Positions 48,919 through 62,655 of a stretch of 64,000 bases of DNA are shown piece by piece. How positions within the stretch are numbered: position 1 is the first letter of the stretch; every line of letters starts with the position of its first letter. A model generated the notes under the pieces. It had not been told where the DNA came from and did no database searches. It saw only the letters and a program-made list of their open reading frames with translations. The position numbers and the translations under genes are program-made. This stretch comes from Podarcis pityusensis (lineage: Eukaryota). Where the stretch lies: the NCBI GenBank assembly GCA_964106645.2, contig OZ067048.1; one strand, given 5' to 3'.

Positions 48919-49830
48919 GTTGTTGTTGTTTTTTTAAAAAATAATTTTTATTAAGTACAAATTAGAAAACATACATATTCACAACAAAAGAAAAAACAAA
49001 AGAAAAAGAAAATACATCTAACCAAGGAAAAAGAATTAGAGAATATTTTGTCTCTTTTCATATTTACAATTATTTATACCTCTATAAAATGCTATTCACA
49101 ATAAAGCAGTGAAATGAAAGATAAGATATCAGAAAAAAGAAAAAAAGAACAAAGAAAGAATAAAAAAGTAAAAGAAAAAGATCATAAGTGAAAACTTTTA
49201 AAAGTAGATAAGTACTCACAATACATAGCCGTTTCCCATCTATATTTATATTCAATTGTATAGTTTCATCTTGTCCTTATCTACCTTAAATAAATTGTTT
49301 GTTTGTTTGTTTAAAAAGACTTCCACCGTTTACCTCACGCGTTTTTATTAATCTGTTCGTCAGAACCTCTGTTCTTCATATTTTCCCTTTGGATTACCTT
49401 AATGTCTCACTTTGTATTTTTTATATTACACACAAGATTATTCTAAACACAACCAGATTTTTGTGGTTGAGCCCTGGTTTTGTAAATAATCATTTAAGCA
49501 CTCCCATTGCTTCATAACCATAGTTTTGGATTTTCTCCTTATTATATCCGTCAATTTTGCTAATTCCAGGTACTCGCAAAGTTTCCCCAACCATTCTCTT
49601 TTTGTTGGGATGCTGTCTTCTTTCAAATAGCTAGCAATCAAAATTATTGCCACTGTTGTCGCATATAGAAATAAGTTAGTTTTATCTTTTGAGATATCTT
49701 TATCTAGAATTCCTAATAGATATGCCTCTGCCTTTTTTTGTGTGAGATCCTTATCAATTTTTTTATTTCGTCATGGATCATGTCCCAAAAGGTTTTAATC
49801 TTTGGGCAGGTCCACCACATGTGGTATGGG
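48919..49830 (-). mobile_element. 5'-truncated L1 (ORF2 C-terminus, 3'UTR, poly(A))
   Basis: Encodes YHMWWTCPKIKTFWDMIHDEIKK (L1 zinc-knuckle end) and …IPTKREWLGKLCEYLELAKLT…KQWECLNDYL. AATAAAAATTATTTTTTAAAAAAA tail. Confidence 0.9.
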
Positions 49831-51134
49831 GACTAAAAATTTGGATTTCATATTCCACTTCCAACTTTGCCATCATGACTACAAGTAAAGTTATGGAAAG
49901 CAAAAATAATAATAAAATTACATCTTGGGTTGTGCTGAATTGTTAATTTGTTTGAACACAAATAGTAATTGCACTCTGATGTGCAGAATGATAACTTGAT
50001 TTTTGACAAATGGTGATACATTTATGCAATAGTTGTTTAAAAGTTATTTAGGCAAACTTTCTTTGAAAAATGTGTTGCAGAGTGGCACATGTTCAGAAAT
50101 ATCTCACAAAAGGCAAACAATTTAAAAATATTCTATAATCCTTTCACTGCTATTAAGAATTGTCAGAAGATTTAGCATCAAGTAGTCTGACTGAATTGAC
50201 CTTAAAGTTGATGTGAGCAGTACTGAGGAAGATTATGAAGTGATTTTGGGGGCATGTCTTCTGTAAACACCTTTTGTTCTTCTGTCAATACAAGGTTCAA
50301 AGAGCATCTGATGCTACGATAGCAGGGAACGTCATCATTCTTAGGTTGAAGCCAAGGTTTATGGAAAGCTGCGTTGGGATGAGTGACAGGTTAAGAAGAA
50401 AGACCTTAAGTCCTTTTCCCACAACCCCTTTAGTGTAAAAGCAGAAAGGATTTTTTCTTTCTTTGACTCTCTTAGATTAGTGATGCTGCTCTGCAACTCT
50501 CGTGGCTCCTCAAAAATCACAATGAGGACTTTGGTTTAGTTTCAGGGTCCCTGATTTGGATAGTTTAGAAAGTTAAAGAAATGTGGCATGGAGAACTTGT
50601 ATAAGATACTGGCACTTACATGGAACATTTGGTACCATTGTGGGTATATAAACTTGATGGCCATTGGCAAACATCTGCAAAGTAAACTAGAGCTGGAGTA
50701 CAAAAGAGTATAAAGTAGGAATTAAACATATTGTTGCAAAATAACACAGCACAGTTCTATGTATGTTTACTTGGAATTAAGTCCCACTGGGTTCAGTGAG
50801 GTTTACTTCCAGCGAAGTGTGTATAGCAAACATTGTATCCTTAAACAATTTTGGATTATTAGCTTGCAGTTCTACTAACTGCAAAAGTATCAAAGTAAAT
50901 ACTATCAATGTACAAGCATATGCAGAGTGATAAGTATGTGTACAGACTCATTCCCCCGCCACCACCACACACATATAAAGCTTCTTTGCTGGGCATTTTA
51001 CAACTCACTAGTGGTCTTTTGTATCAGAAAATTAGAAATATGAAATCAATCCAAACAGAGCAAATCCTGAATCTTCTATTAATATTTTCTGGCCACTTTT
51101 CATCATTTTGGAGCACACGTTTAAATAATCTGTA

Positions 51135-51360
51135 CAGTGGTACCTCAGGTTAAGTACTTAATTCGTTCCGGAGGTCCGTACTTAACCTGAAACTGTTCTT
51201 TACCTGAAGCACCACTTTAGCCAATAGGGCCTCCTGCTGCCACTGTGCCACCGGAGCACAATTTCTGTTCTCATCCTGAAGCAAAGTTCTTAACCCGAGG
51301 TACTATTTCTGGGTTAGCGGAGTCTGTAACCTGAAGCGTATGTAACTTGAGGTACCACTG
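51135..51360 (+). mobile_element. Intact Tc1/pogo(Tigger)-like MITE (226 bp)
   Basis: TIRs CAGTGGTACCTCA / TGAGGTACCACTG with TA TSD on both sides. Confidence 0.95.
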
Positions 51361-51720
51361 TATAAGATATGGCAATAGGAGCAGTAGATCAATGACTGTG
51401 CCTCATATCGGGCATCGATTGGAAATACGGCTCTATTTGTGCACATATTCAGGTTGGATTTGCACAGCCAATTCCTTTCCCACATAAGGTGACTTTTGTG
51501 GTCTTTTGTTGCAGGAAGATCTACCTAGAGCCTGGTAGAATATAAAATGTGTTGCATCTATTCCTATGATCTCATATGAATCACATGAATGGTGATGATT
51601 ACAAAAAAGAAAGAAAAATAGGAAAGCTTCAACTGTAGGTAAACAAAGTGATGAAGCTTGTAAGAATAAGACCATAGTACTGAAAAGCCCTTGGTGGAGT
51701 AAAATAATTTTTCATATTTC

Positions 51721-52400
51721 TGTAGTAGCATTTGTATACAAATTAGAAGGTGGAGGAAGAGCAGGAAGAGGATCCTAGCAAGGGGTGTGGCCAGGACTGG
51801 GACAAGCAGGGGATGGGGAAGGAAGTACTCACAGGGTGACAGAGGACAGCTAGGGGAAGGGGGTCAATGCACAGGAACCAGAGCAGCAGGACCCATCACC
51901 AGACCCAGAGGGGCCCCTGTCTCCATGAACACAGTGGGTTCTGGGGAATAGGGAGCAGAGGGAGGGACACTCTAGGAGGCTGAGGCAGACAAGGGCCCAC
52001 AGCCCAGCTCCCTAGCTGGCCAGGTGGAGCTTGCTAACTCTGGGAGGAGGGGTGTGATTCCTCAGCTGGAGAAGGCTTGGAACAGGTGAGGGTCACCTGC
52101 CTCATCAAGCCCAGATGCTGCAATCAGCATGCAAAACACAGAAAGGAAGCAGAGCAAAGGGGCTGTGTCAGCTCAACTGCCTATGTTGGTGGATGTTGAC
52201 TTGGATGTTTCTGGACCTCTACGGGACTATGCTTTTGGTTTGCCTCTGGACTGTGTCCTGACTGCTGGACTTCAGACTTGGGTTGACCCTGGATTGTGTT
52301 TCCTGACCTTTGCACTTTGCTTGTGTGGCTTGAACTTTGGACTTGACGTACTGAATTGCTGCCAGGTAGGCCAGGGATTCAGTACCAGTGGTTGAGGTAA
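51721..52400 (+). mobile_element. Possible Gypsy-type solo LTR
   Basis: Purine-rich 5' half followed by degenerate repeats of (CC)TGGAC/TTG…TGAC, as seen in squamate Gypsy-like LTRs. Boundaries uncertain. Confidence 0.35.
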
Positions 52401-54103
52401 GAAATTTTAGGGGTCCGGATTCTGAAGGAGCTACAGTTCTTGATTTCTGTTTGCTTGGGTGCTCTCTTATCCCTTCGGCTGACAAATGAAAAAACAATGT
52501 GAGATGATAACATAAGGTACATAGTTCTTGTATGTTCTCAGAGGATGGGTTTTGTGTGAATGTGTGCGTATATAATCATTGTTACATTGCCCATACCTTG
52601 CTTTTCTAAGTCTCAAAAGCAGCAGGACCTTAATGTACACTTGTACAGTTAGGTGCATAAAGCAAGTGCCCTTTGGTGGTAGTTATTCTGGGTCTCTCTG
52701 TGGGTTCAGTAAGGATGTCTGTCTTGTTTAGCACAATAGCATTAACGGTGTTGTTCTTCTAGGTCAATGCTACTCAACCTTTACCAGCTGGAAAGCCACT
52801 TCAAATTGAATTTTTAAGAAGATATGAGATGCACATGTGCACACTTCAGCAGTTTCCACTGGTAGTCTTTAAGTGTATAAAATCCATTGCATACCGCAGT
52901 GAAAATTTAAAAAGAAGTGGAAAGATGTGCAGGGAAGAATTGTTCCTAACATAGTTAGAAACTTTAAAGCTTACGTGAAAAGGTTAGCAAATGTTTTTAG
53001 AGAAGATCCTAAAGTGGAAGTGGGAAAGTAGAGAAGAGTGATAAGCAGAGGAAAGAAGAGTTGCTGGAAATGTATCCCAAATATTGCATTGTTGGTCTTC
53101 TTGAGGAAAATTGAAACATCTTTAGCCAAAGGTGGAAATACATGTCAGCAAAGAAGCAAAATGAAGTGGTTATGAGTGACTTGGAGGAGGAAGAGCAGCC
53201 CGTAGAGCAGGGGTGGCTAGCTAGTGGACAGGATCCACTTTGCCAATCCATAGGCAAGAGCCTTCCAGCCCTGCTGCTTTCTCATCTGATCTGATTGGTA
53301 GATAAGGCACTCTGGCTGATCTTTTGATCTCAGGGGATAAAATCCTTCTGACTGCTCTTTAGAAGTCCTCTCTAAAGAGCAGTTGGAAGGATATTTTATC
53401 TCCCGTCTTAGCAATATGCACATCACAGTGCTGAGAACTGAGATAAGCGCTCTGCCCGCCGCTTAAGAGTAAAGGGCACCGTTTTCCGTATCACCTCAGC
53501 TGGAGTGGAAATGTTGACTTTGTTTGCACAGTGCTCAAGTTGGGAGCGCCGAAAATGCTGGGGGTTTCTTTTGTGTGTGAGTGTGTGTATGATGGCACAT
53601 GTGTGAGAAAGAGCATGTTTGACTGCATTCATGTCTGCATGTGAAAGGGATAGATACACTGCATGTCTGGTGAGTTTGTGTACTGTATATATGGCAAAGG
53701 TGCATGTGTGTGAATGTATGTGTTTGCGTGGCCAGACGCACCAGCTTGCGTGGGCAATTGGAGGAGAGGGCAATGTTGCATCTCCTTCCCTAAGCTGGGC
53801 AGAAGCTTCCCAGACTTTGGGAAGGAGGAGCCAGGTCTCTGACAGGATGCTGGAGTTCTGCTGTCGCCTTCTCAAAGCTGTGTGGGCTTTGGGAAGGTGG
53901 TGGAAGGGCTCTTTGACCCCATTGAAGCATGGCTCCGCCCTCCTTAATACAAAGAGAAATGTCATGCCTTGCAGAAAAGGATGTTGAGAGAGGATATTAT
54001 AATTTATTGGGTAAATACATTTTGTTTACATCTAAGAATGCTGAATCTGCTTAACACATCTTCTCCCTTTATCCTATATGTTAAAGTAGAATGAAAATGT
54101 ATA

Positions 54104-54738
54104 CAGTGGTACCTTCGTTCTCAAACTTAATCCGTTCCGGAACTCTGTTCCAAAACCAAGGCATGCTTTCCCGTAGAAAGTAATGCAAAACTGATTAATC
54201 CGTTCCAGACTTTCAAAAACAGCCCCTAAAACAGCAATTTAACATGAATTTTACTAACCAATGATGCCATTGATCCAAAAAATGAAAGCAATAATCAATG
54301 TGCTGCACTGTACTATAAAATAAGACAGTATTGTATATGATAAAAATTAAAATTAAATATTTTTCATACCCGCACTGATGATAGTCATTATTTGAATGGA
54401 GGGATTTTATCCATTTCCGCAGTCACACAATCAATCAGTAGCTGAACTGGGTTCTACACAGTCACAAAAACAAATTAACCGAAAAAGCCTCAGCAACAAA
54501 AACACAAAATAAATAGCGAAAACAAAAGTGCCAAACTTAATCCATTCCGGGAGTCTGTTTGACTTCCGAAATGTTTGAAAACCGAGGCGCAGCTTCTGAT
54601 GGGTGCAGGCACCCCAGAAACAATAGCCAACAACTGCATCGGACGTTCAGCTTCTGAAAAACATTTGAAAACCGGAACACTTACTTCTGGGTTTTCAGCG
54701 TTTGGGAACCAAGGTGTTTGAGTACCAAGGTACCACTG
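54104..54738. mobile_element. Longer non-autonomous Tc1/pogo(Tigger)-like element (635 bp)
   Basis: TIRs CAGTGGTACCTT / AAGGTACCACTG with TA TSD. Subterminal CTTAATCCGTTCCGG nearly identical to the MITE family. Confidence 0.9.
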
Positions 54739-56210
54739 TATTAGTATGAAAAAAGAGAGCCAGTGTGGTGTAGAAAGTTGGATTTGGACTATAGGGAGGT
54801 AATATCCCAGATCATTGGGTGGGGGGTGACGTTTATTGGTCTCTTCAGCATATCTCACAAGTTTGTTGCGTGCCTTAAGTAGAGAAATAACATGTGTTTA
54901 GAGGAACTCCTCAGGGAAAGGGTGGATACAGCTTTAACTTTAAAAAAAAATCCAATGTGAGAAGCCAATTAATGTTAATACACAATGGCAACTTGATCGA
55001 ACGTCCTTGCATCATCCATATTCTATTACTGGCTACATGGTCTCCTTAGTGTATTTCACATCTCTCCATTCTTCTGTGTCCTTTTTGAAATGCTCCTACA
55101 CAGAAAAGCATCTACATTTATTTTAGAATAGTTTGTCATTTTTATGTAATTGTAACTCAAGCTGCAATTTGGAAAATTTGTCTTATTTCCACTACTGAAA
55201 AATCATATTTTCTCAGTTACAGCATGTCAGAAATATAATTCATGTTAATTCAAAATACCTTAAGATATTTCTAAGTATTCTTCATTGTAGCAAACTGAAT
55301 ATTCCTTGAAAGGATTTTTGCACATTCAAAAGAAAAGAAGGGGGGAAAGGAGTAATTAACTGCTCTAAATACGCTCCCTCTTATAATAATAGGATGTCTT
55401 CAGTCAGATTTGCAGAATTTATTTTATTTCACTAATTGATTGGTATATTCATCATTCAAGGATATATTAGGTAGAGCTGGATTCTAAATGACTTTCCTCT
55501 GATAAGCCTTCCAATTAATTCTTCTCACACTGTTTTCCCAGTGACATTTGAACTTCTTTCATTATATAAAACACATCTTGAATAAGACATTGCTGAATAA
55601 TAATCAGGGATGCTAACATGTTAAGAATTAGACCCTGACAAAGTCAAATGTATTCTGATTTAGACAATGAGCTCAACTAATGTCATTTTCACTGTATCAT
55701 ACTGAAAGAGAATATATTCTTTCCCTCACTGCACATGTGTTGTTAATTTACAAATGTTTCAAGAAAAATATCTGGAGCATATTATAAATAGGGAGGAGGG
55801 ATAGACTCTTTTTTAATACTTAAGGCATACCATTTTGAGTTTTCCTTACATTTTTTTATTCCATGTTGTCAGGTGTTTGTTGTCTCCTTTTTGAAAAGGG
55901 ATGTCTTCATTTGGGCAAGCAGCCATCAAATAAGTTATTCTTTAAAACCCGTGTTAAATCATGTGCTAGGTTACATTTGCTTGCCAATTTGCATTTTCCC
56001 TAATACAGTCAGCAGATTTCCCTCACATAGACAGAGAGCACGGATAATATCGGATTTAACTGGCTGGCTAATACAAGGAGCAGCTCATTTTAAATGGTCC
56101 CTACATCTTTATAGGAAGTTAGAAATGAAGACATTACTTCAAAATGTAGGTAATTATTGCCTCCTCTTTTATCAGTTCTATTTTCTGAGGTATTATCATA
56201 AGATAGCACT

Positions 56211-56382
56211 NNNNNNNNNNNNNNNNNNNNNNNNNNNNNNNNNNNNNNNNNNNNNNNNNNNNNNNNNNNNNNNNNNNNNNNNNNNNNNNNNNNNNNNNNN
56301 NNNNNNNNNNNNNNNNNNNNNNNNNNNNNNNNNNNNNNNNNNNNNNNNNNNNNNNNNNNNNNNNNNNNNNNNNNNNNNNNNN
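56211..56382. other. Assembly gap (172 N)
   Basis: Run of N. Confidence 1.
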
Positions 56383-57705
56383 AAAAGCAGAATAGTATTG
56401 ATTAAACACCACATTCACTTGATATTAAATACTGGCTGAACTCACTCCTTGCTTTTCAGTTCCAGAGGGAGAAACCCAGAGAGTTGCTGAGTCTCAGGAG
56501 ATTGCATGTTTGTAATTCAGAGCAGTATTTTTCCTACAAAAGTCCCCCCCCCCCCTTGGATCAATAGCTGGCAGCCATGATCAGCCATGAGTATGTATTG
56601 TCAATTCTGACCTGTGTACTTTATCACTCAAGGTGAGAGGTCATGACGCTGTGACTAATAAGGTGGCCCTACCAGGCATGAATTGTTTCCTGATCTTAAT
56701 TCAACATATATCTTTTTTTAAAAAAACCCTCCATTCTTTTCTAAAACTGTTAGTTGTTTTCTTTGAACAGCTGATTAAGCTGCTCTGTGACAACACTTAT
56801 TTACTAAACCCCTCTGAGAGTTCTGCTAAATGGTTTTGCTCTTGGTGAGGATTGTAGTTCCCCAAGAACCTAGAAGTAACAAGTTGAAGGCTTGGGACTT
56901 TGTTCTTTGGGACACCTTTGGATGAAAACGTTTGCTTGATTTGTTTTGAACAGAGGTAAGAAGACGACTAAAGGGAAATGAATGGAAAGGATGAATATGT
57001 GAAGTTACAATATATTAAGCTGAGAACTGAGAAGCAGCAATCCTAACAGCAACAACACTGAGCCTTGTTCAGCTCTCAGCCAGACAGGAAAAATTAAATT
57101 CAAAGCAAATGGAGGGTACAATCCTGTGAAACTTAGTTCCTTTCAGAGCACAGGGACTTCTGCCTTTAACTATACACTTTAATTCCATTACTTTCAGAGG
57201 GACTTATGCTGACCTTTACTGGATTGCTCCTAGACTGTGCTCCTAAGAGCTGATGATATTTTATGCAAAATGGCATGTAGAATTTCAGACTGTCCTACTA
57301 CAGCCATCAGGTGGTCATGTTTTTGAATGCTTTCCCATATAATATACATTCTCTCCGTGTATTAAACTAGCACACTGGAGAAAAAAATGGATTTGTATAG
57401 CCCTGTTCCAGATTTGCTTATTTATATGGTCAGAAATACCTCCTATCACGTTCGTCCACCATCTTATTTATTTTAATAGTCCTTATGTTTTTTAGCAGCT
57501 TTTCAGTGTGATGTTGTGAATGCAGTAAATTTGTATGATTACCAGCTTTTTCTATGAAGTAATTTTTGCAGCCATCATCTGCCGAGATCTTTGTGGAGGG
57601 CCTTCTTCAATGGCTCAAATACTGAGTTTCCTTGCCAGGTGCCATTGTAGGGAATTGAGTCTTAATTCAGAAACATCTGCATTTATTGGTGCTCTCCAAT
57701 GAAGT

Positions 57706-57786
57706 TTTACTCAGAGTAGACTCATTGAAATCAATTAACATGACCCAGTTAGGTCCATTAATTTCAATAGATCTACTCTGAGTAAA
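57706..57786. repeat. Short palindromic MITE-like repeat
   Basis: Arms TTTACTCAGAGTAGACTCATTGAAATCAAT / ATTAATTTCAATAGATCTACTCTGAGTAAA. Confidence 0.7.
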
Positions 57787-59448
57787 CCTTAGTTGAATAC
57801 CATGCATTGCAGACTTAGGATGTTTGATAATATTAGCATCACCATTGTCTTCCTCTGCTGAGCACAAACAGCTGTTAATGTTTGTGTGCTGTGATGAGCA
57901 AAAGCAGACATTCCTTCAGTGTATGGTTTAATACTTGGACTGTCTGTTCTGGAAATAGATGGCTGAAGAAAGGTGATAAAATGTATCCTGCTCTTTAACT
58001 TAGCAGTCCTGCCTTTTTATTGGAGCCGATCTATTTTAGAAGCATCTTGTATCCCATCTCCTCAATCTATCTCTGCACAACAGTGATACTGAAAAGCATT
58101 TTATGGAGACAAATACGGTTCCAGATGACTTTACAGAGTGCTGTGTGCAGGAGAAGGATCCTAATAAGCTTAGCGATATCTTTCAAAGGGCAGGATAGCT
58201 TACAAATTGAGCTTTGGTCAGAATGCCTCAGCATTTTCTAATGGTAGCAGGTTGAAATCCTGTGCTCACTTGCCTGGGAGTAAGACCCATTGAACACACT
58301 GTACTGGGGCTAGTTTACATGGTTACATATAACTCTTCAGTATTTCTGGAACAGTTTTGCAACCAGACTTCCAATAGATTAGAAAAACAGTAATGGTTCA
58401 TCTAAACAACAGCTTGATTGGGCTCCAAGCAGCAGTAAACTTTTATTGTATGGTTTTAGCTTATTTTTATTTTTGTGAACAGCTTTGATACATTTTTGTG
58501 ATATAGTGGTATATAAATATTTTTTATAAATACATAAACATACAAAATCCACTCATTTTTGCTCTTAGTTTGAACCTGACAGAAATTGGATGTAGTGCTA
58601 TTTTGCATATGTAGGCCTTTCAGCAGCTGTATATGGTAGATCAGCATCCTTGTACTTAGGCTGTGAGTGAGAGGGCTAAGAAGGCCAGCTATTGAGGTCA
58701 TGGTTGATTTAAGATTTGAAACGGATGCTTTCTGGCCCCGAGTCCACCCTTTTGCCCACGACATCAGCTCTCACTCTCTAAGAGAGTTTATCATCTTTAA
58801 AGTCTCCACATCAACCATTCCTGCTTTTAAGAAAATGTCATGCACTGTAGACTGAGTGTTTAAAATGTTGATATGCTGAACTTGATAAATAGCACTGGAT
58901 AAATAGAAGAAAAACAAAGGGGAAAATATAGTTGTTGCATGTATATATGCCAGAACTTCTTGTATTATATCATTACTTGGCTGTTGAAGCAACATGGAAG
59001 AGCAGAACAGAGCCCTTTTGCTTCTAAAGTGTGGTTCCAAAAGCGATCACTGGAGATTTGTCCTACAAAGTATCAGGTGCATGATTGCAAATTAACAAGT
59101 GTTCCTTGCAGTGCATGTTGAGAGATGTAACATTGACTTTGGAATAAGAATCAATATTCTTTGATCTTGGAATCCTTTGTCTTGTTTCATGTGCAAAGTT
59201 GCTTAAGGAGAGCATTTTTTTCTGCACCAGAGAAGACAAAACATTAGGAGACAGCAAACAATTGATTCCTAATAAATCAGTTTTGCCTGTGTAGGTGGGA
59301 AGCTTAAGCAAAAGGCAAAATAGATATCTTCCAGTTAAATAATTGCATGGGCATATATTGCCACTGGATTATATGTAGCTCACTATCATTTAATGTATTT
59401 TGATCTTCTTTTTTGACTAGGCTCTTTTACATGTTAGAAGAAAACTAG

Positions 59449-59627
59449 CATAGGAGCCACCTCCTAGGGACTATGGGGGCTTTGGCCCCCACAAAATACT
59501 TTAGGGCCCCCCCAAGTTGATGGGCATTCTCATTCAAATGGTGTGTGTGCACTTTGTCATGTGATCAGTTATGTGGTGTGGGGCTTACCTGGGCCCCCAC
59601 AATACTTTATTTAAGTTGGCACCCCTG
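59449..59627. mobile_element. Short hAT MITE
   Basis: Ends CATAGGAGCCA / TGGCACCCCTG. 8-bp TSD AAAACTAG / TAAACTAG (7/8 match). Confidence 0.75.
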
Positions 59628-61920
59628 TAAACTAGCAAAACTAATCCATAGGTGTTTTTCTTTTTCTTTGAAAGACAATACATGCAGTATCCATTCACTG
59701 AACACTGTTGTTTACTCACAACATATTGCATAAGAAAGCAGTATGAAGCAAAGAAAAGCTGTAAGGGCTCAACTTTGTCTAACGTAACAGACCCTGTAGT
59801 CTAATGGAAATAAGATAGCACAACTTAGGAGCTGTTCCCATCTGATATAAACTCTTTCCAGGCATTCAATTTCTGTGTGAAGTAATCAAAGAAAGGGTTC
59901 AGGAACAAATGCACTAGCTTCACTCCTTCTATGAGTGCATGAAGATAGTTGTAATGTCACTTAAGCTCACTCTCTTTGACTGCTAAATCTAACCCAGAAG
60001 CATTGGACTGCAGGGGTTGAGGAAGGAGTCTTTACCCCTTCCATCCCCACCTCACAATAGCCTTGGGAAGAAATCCAAGTAGGGAAGCCTGTTTATACTT
60101 CTCCACAACTATTTACATTTATAAAACATGTTCATTAATTGCATATACACAATAGGCAGCGGCTACATTGCCATCATTTCTTCAACACTATCTCGAGATG
60201 AATCGGAGCTCAGTTGCAAGTTTCATCAGACTTACAGCCAGAAATCAATTAAGTATTGTTTGATGGTGCCTCTGCCATCCAGCTTGAATGTTAAGATCAC
60301 TGGGGGAAGCTCTTCAAGGTGTCCCATTGCCTGGCAAATTGTGTGGTGTGATGAAGCGACCAAAGGTCATTTCCATGGGGATTGGATACCCTTCCTTTTG
60401 AGGTGTGGCTGGTGCTGATGTTGTTTCCCTTTTGGTGCTGGTATAAGATGCATTTTTTTTGGTCTAGGTATATGAGTGTTCTAGATGGTCATGTGGCTAA
60501 TTGTGACCTGAGTCCTATCACCTGCTGTGAATTGCTTTGAATTTTTTATCTGATCTCTGATTGTGTGCCGTGGTAGCGATTCACATGATTGCATTAGCTT
60601 GCTTTGTTTTATGTTGCCGATGTTGTATTCAGCCCTGGGATCACTAGGATGAAGGGTGGGCTTATAAACCTAGGAAATAAAATATAAATAGATTATTTCA
60701 AGAAAGTTTGTAATGAAATAAATTGCTTTGGTGTATCTGGGAATGTCTTGTGGTGTTCTGGTGTTCTCCCAGCCCCATTGAAGTTCTGTAGAAGTTTAAG
60801 GATGAAAGTGGCAATTTGGTAATCGTATGCGTCTTTTTGGTTTTGTTGCTTTGGCAGTTGTCTGCTAGGATTTTACATGGTTGTGCTTTACTCTTTTATT
60901 TAATTTTAATGAACATACTGAAAAAAGGCTGCAGAAATAGATCTGGGATGAAGAATATGCTATGGAATGGCAACTCTACACTGAAGCTCAGTACATTCTG
61001 GTGTATTCTTCTCCCCACACCCCCCCAGAAAGATTTCTCATTCTTCTTACTGCTAACTCTGTTCGACACTATAAGCCACAGCAACTGTGTGTTCAGAAGC
61101 ACAAGGAAGGCTCTGGAAGCTGATGATATTATAAAGGTTTGTGCTTCATAGATGTACTCTAGTGGCCACTTGGCCTTTGATTATGCAAATGCCATAATAG
61201 ATAATAGAGCCTTTGGATCTGGCAGATGTTGCCATTACAATTCTAAGCAAGGGGCTGACTCAGATACATTAAACCTCAGGGGGGCCCCCTGCCTCAATAC
61301 CCTTTAGTATCCATCTTGCATGCCTCTCCAAATGCCTACTGTATTGGATTGTAAGTATTTCATAGCTAGAATTGTTTACCTTTCTGTGAATAGCAACCCC
61401 ACTTGCTAGTGCCCTGCAATATACCGGTAATTGCAAAACAAGGTACTAATGATGGCAATGTGACTCATACGTTTACTTGCATGTATTAAATGATTGTGCT
61501 GATTAGGATTGTAAAATCCCAACTTGAGCTAGCCTCAAGAAGAATTGTACCAATGCTTGGGGCAACAGAAGCTGGTGAGGTAATGCAACAAGCAGGAAGA
61601 GACTGCCCCCACGAAGAAGCAACCTTAGGGGAAGGGTGGCCTCATATTGGCAAGAGACGTGGAGGCAGTGGGCAGATGAAATCATTGCCAGGAGGGTGTA
61701 TAGCTGTGGCAGGGCTAGCGGCAGCTAGTGTAGGCATTGTTGCAGAAAACCATTGGTGCTCATGTCTGGGTGCTCATGGCCTCTCAGCAGCCGCACACCT
61801 GCATTGTGCTGACATTAGATGTGTCTCCCATTAGTAAAGACATGAGGGCTTTTCTCGCTCTTAGTTGCCACAAGTGTGGCAAACTATTCTTACTTATCAC
61901 ATTGAAATGAATTCAAAGTA

Positions 61921-62491
61921 CAGTGGTACCTCGGGTTAAGAACTTAATTTGTTCCGGAGGTCCATTCTCCCCCCCCCCTTTTTAAATTTTTATTACATAA
62001 CAATTTCAACATAACAGTCCACTTAATTGATTACAATATCTTCCCCCTTTCCCCCCATCCCTCCTGCTCCCTCCCCCCAAAGACTTCCCTCAGCTCCCCT
62101 CTGATTTCTTTACACATATCATTCTCTGCATATTATAAAATTGTACATATCTTTATTTTGTCTATCATATGTTCACCTAATAAATTTGTGGATGTTTATT
62201 CAAAACCTGCCTAGGAGTCCAGTTCATTTTGTTGTCTTTTTAGATAATTTGTAAAAAGCTCCAATTTTTCCTTAAAGTCACAGTTGTCCTTGTCTGTTCT
62301 TAACCTGAAACTGTTCTTAACGTGAGGTACCACTTTAGCTAATGGGGCCTCCTGCTGCTGTGCTGCCAGAGCACGATTTCTGTTTTCATCCTGAAGCAAA
62401 GTTCTTAACCTGAGGTACTATTTCTGGTTTAGCAGAGTCTGTAACCTGAAGCGTCTGTAACCTGAAGTGTCTATAACCCAAGGTACCACTG
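61921..62491 (+). mobile_element. Tc1/pogo-like MITE interrupted by an L1 3' fragment
   Basis: TA|CAGTGGTACCTC…AGGTACCACTG|TA. The body matches 51135-51360 once 61969-62291 is removed. Confidence 0.9.
61969..62291 (-). mobile_element. Short 5'-truncated L1 3' end
   Basis: Encodes KDNCDFKEKLELFTNYLKRQQNELDS* (L1 ORF2 terminus-like), a G-rich 3'UTR and AATAAAAATTTAAAAA. TSD GTCCATTCT / GTCTGTTCT. Confidence 0.8.
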
Positions 62492-62514
62492 TAGTGCATT
62501 TGCAGTCATCCTTA

Positions 62515-62655
62515 ATCATCGAATCATAGAGTTGGAAGGGATCCTGAGAATCATTTAGTCCAGCCCCCTGCAGTGCAGGAATATGCAGTTGTCCCATATA
62601 GTGATCAAATCTGCAACCTTGGCATTATCAGCATCACGCTCTACCCAACTGAGGT
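62515..62655 (-). mobile_element. tRNA-Ile-derived SINE with CR1 tail
   Basis: Minus strand CTCAGTTGGGTAGAGCGTGATGCTGATAATGCCAAGGTTGCAG plus CR1 tail. Same family as 1368-1520. Confidence 0.8.

Noticed and set aside
52763-52955. Acceptor followed by ~60 open codons (VNATQPLPAGK…)
   Set aside because: No recognisable protein and no good donor; this length is expected by chance.
53010-53290. Plus-frame peptide …YPKYC…FSQRWKYMSAKKQ resembling an HMG box (RWKTMSAKEK)
   Set aside because: In-frame stop, wrong P-to-W spacing, and no further HMG similarity, poly(A) or TSD. Probably chance.
61490-61834. 114-aa ATG-initiated ORF
   Set aside because: No recognisable domain or splice context; likely chance in a GC-richer decayed repeat.
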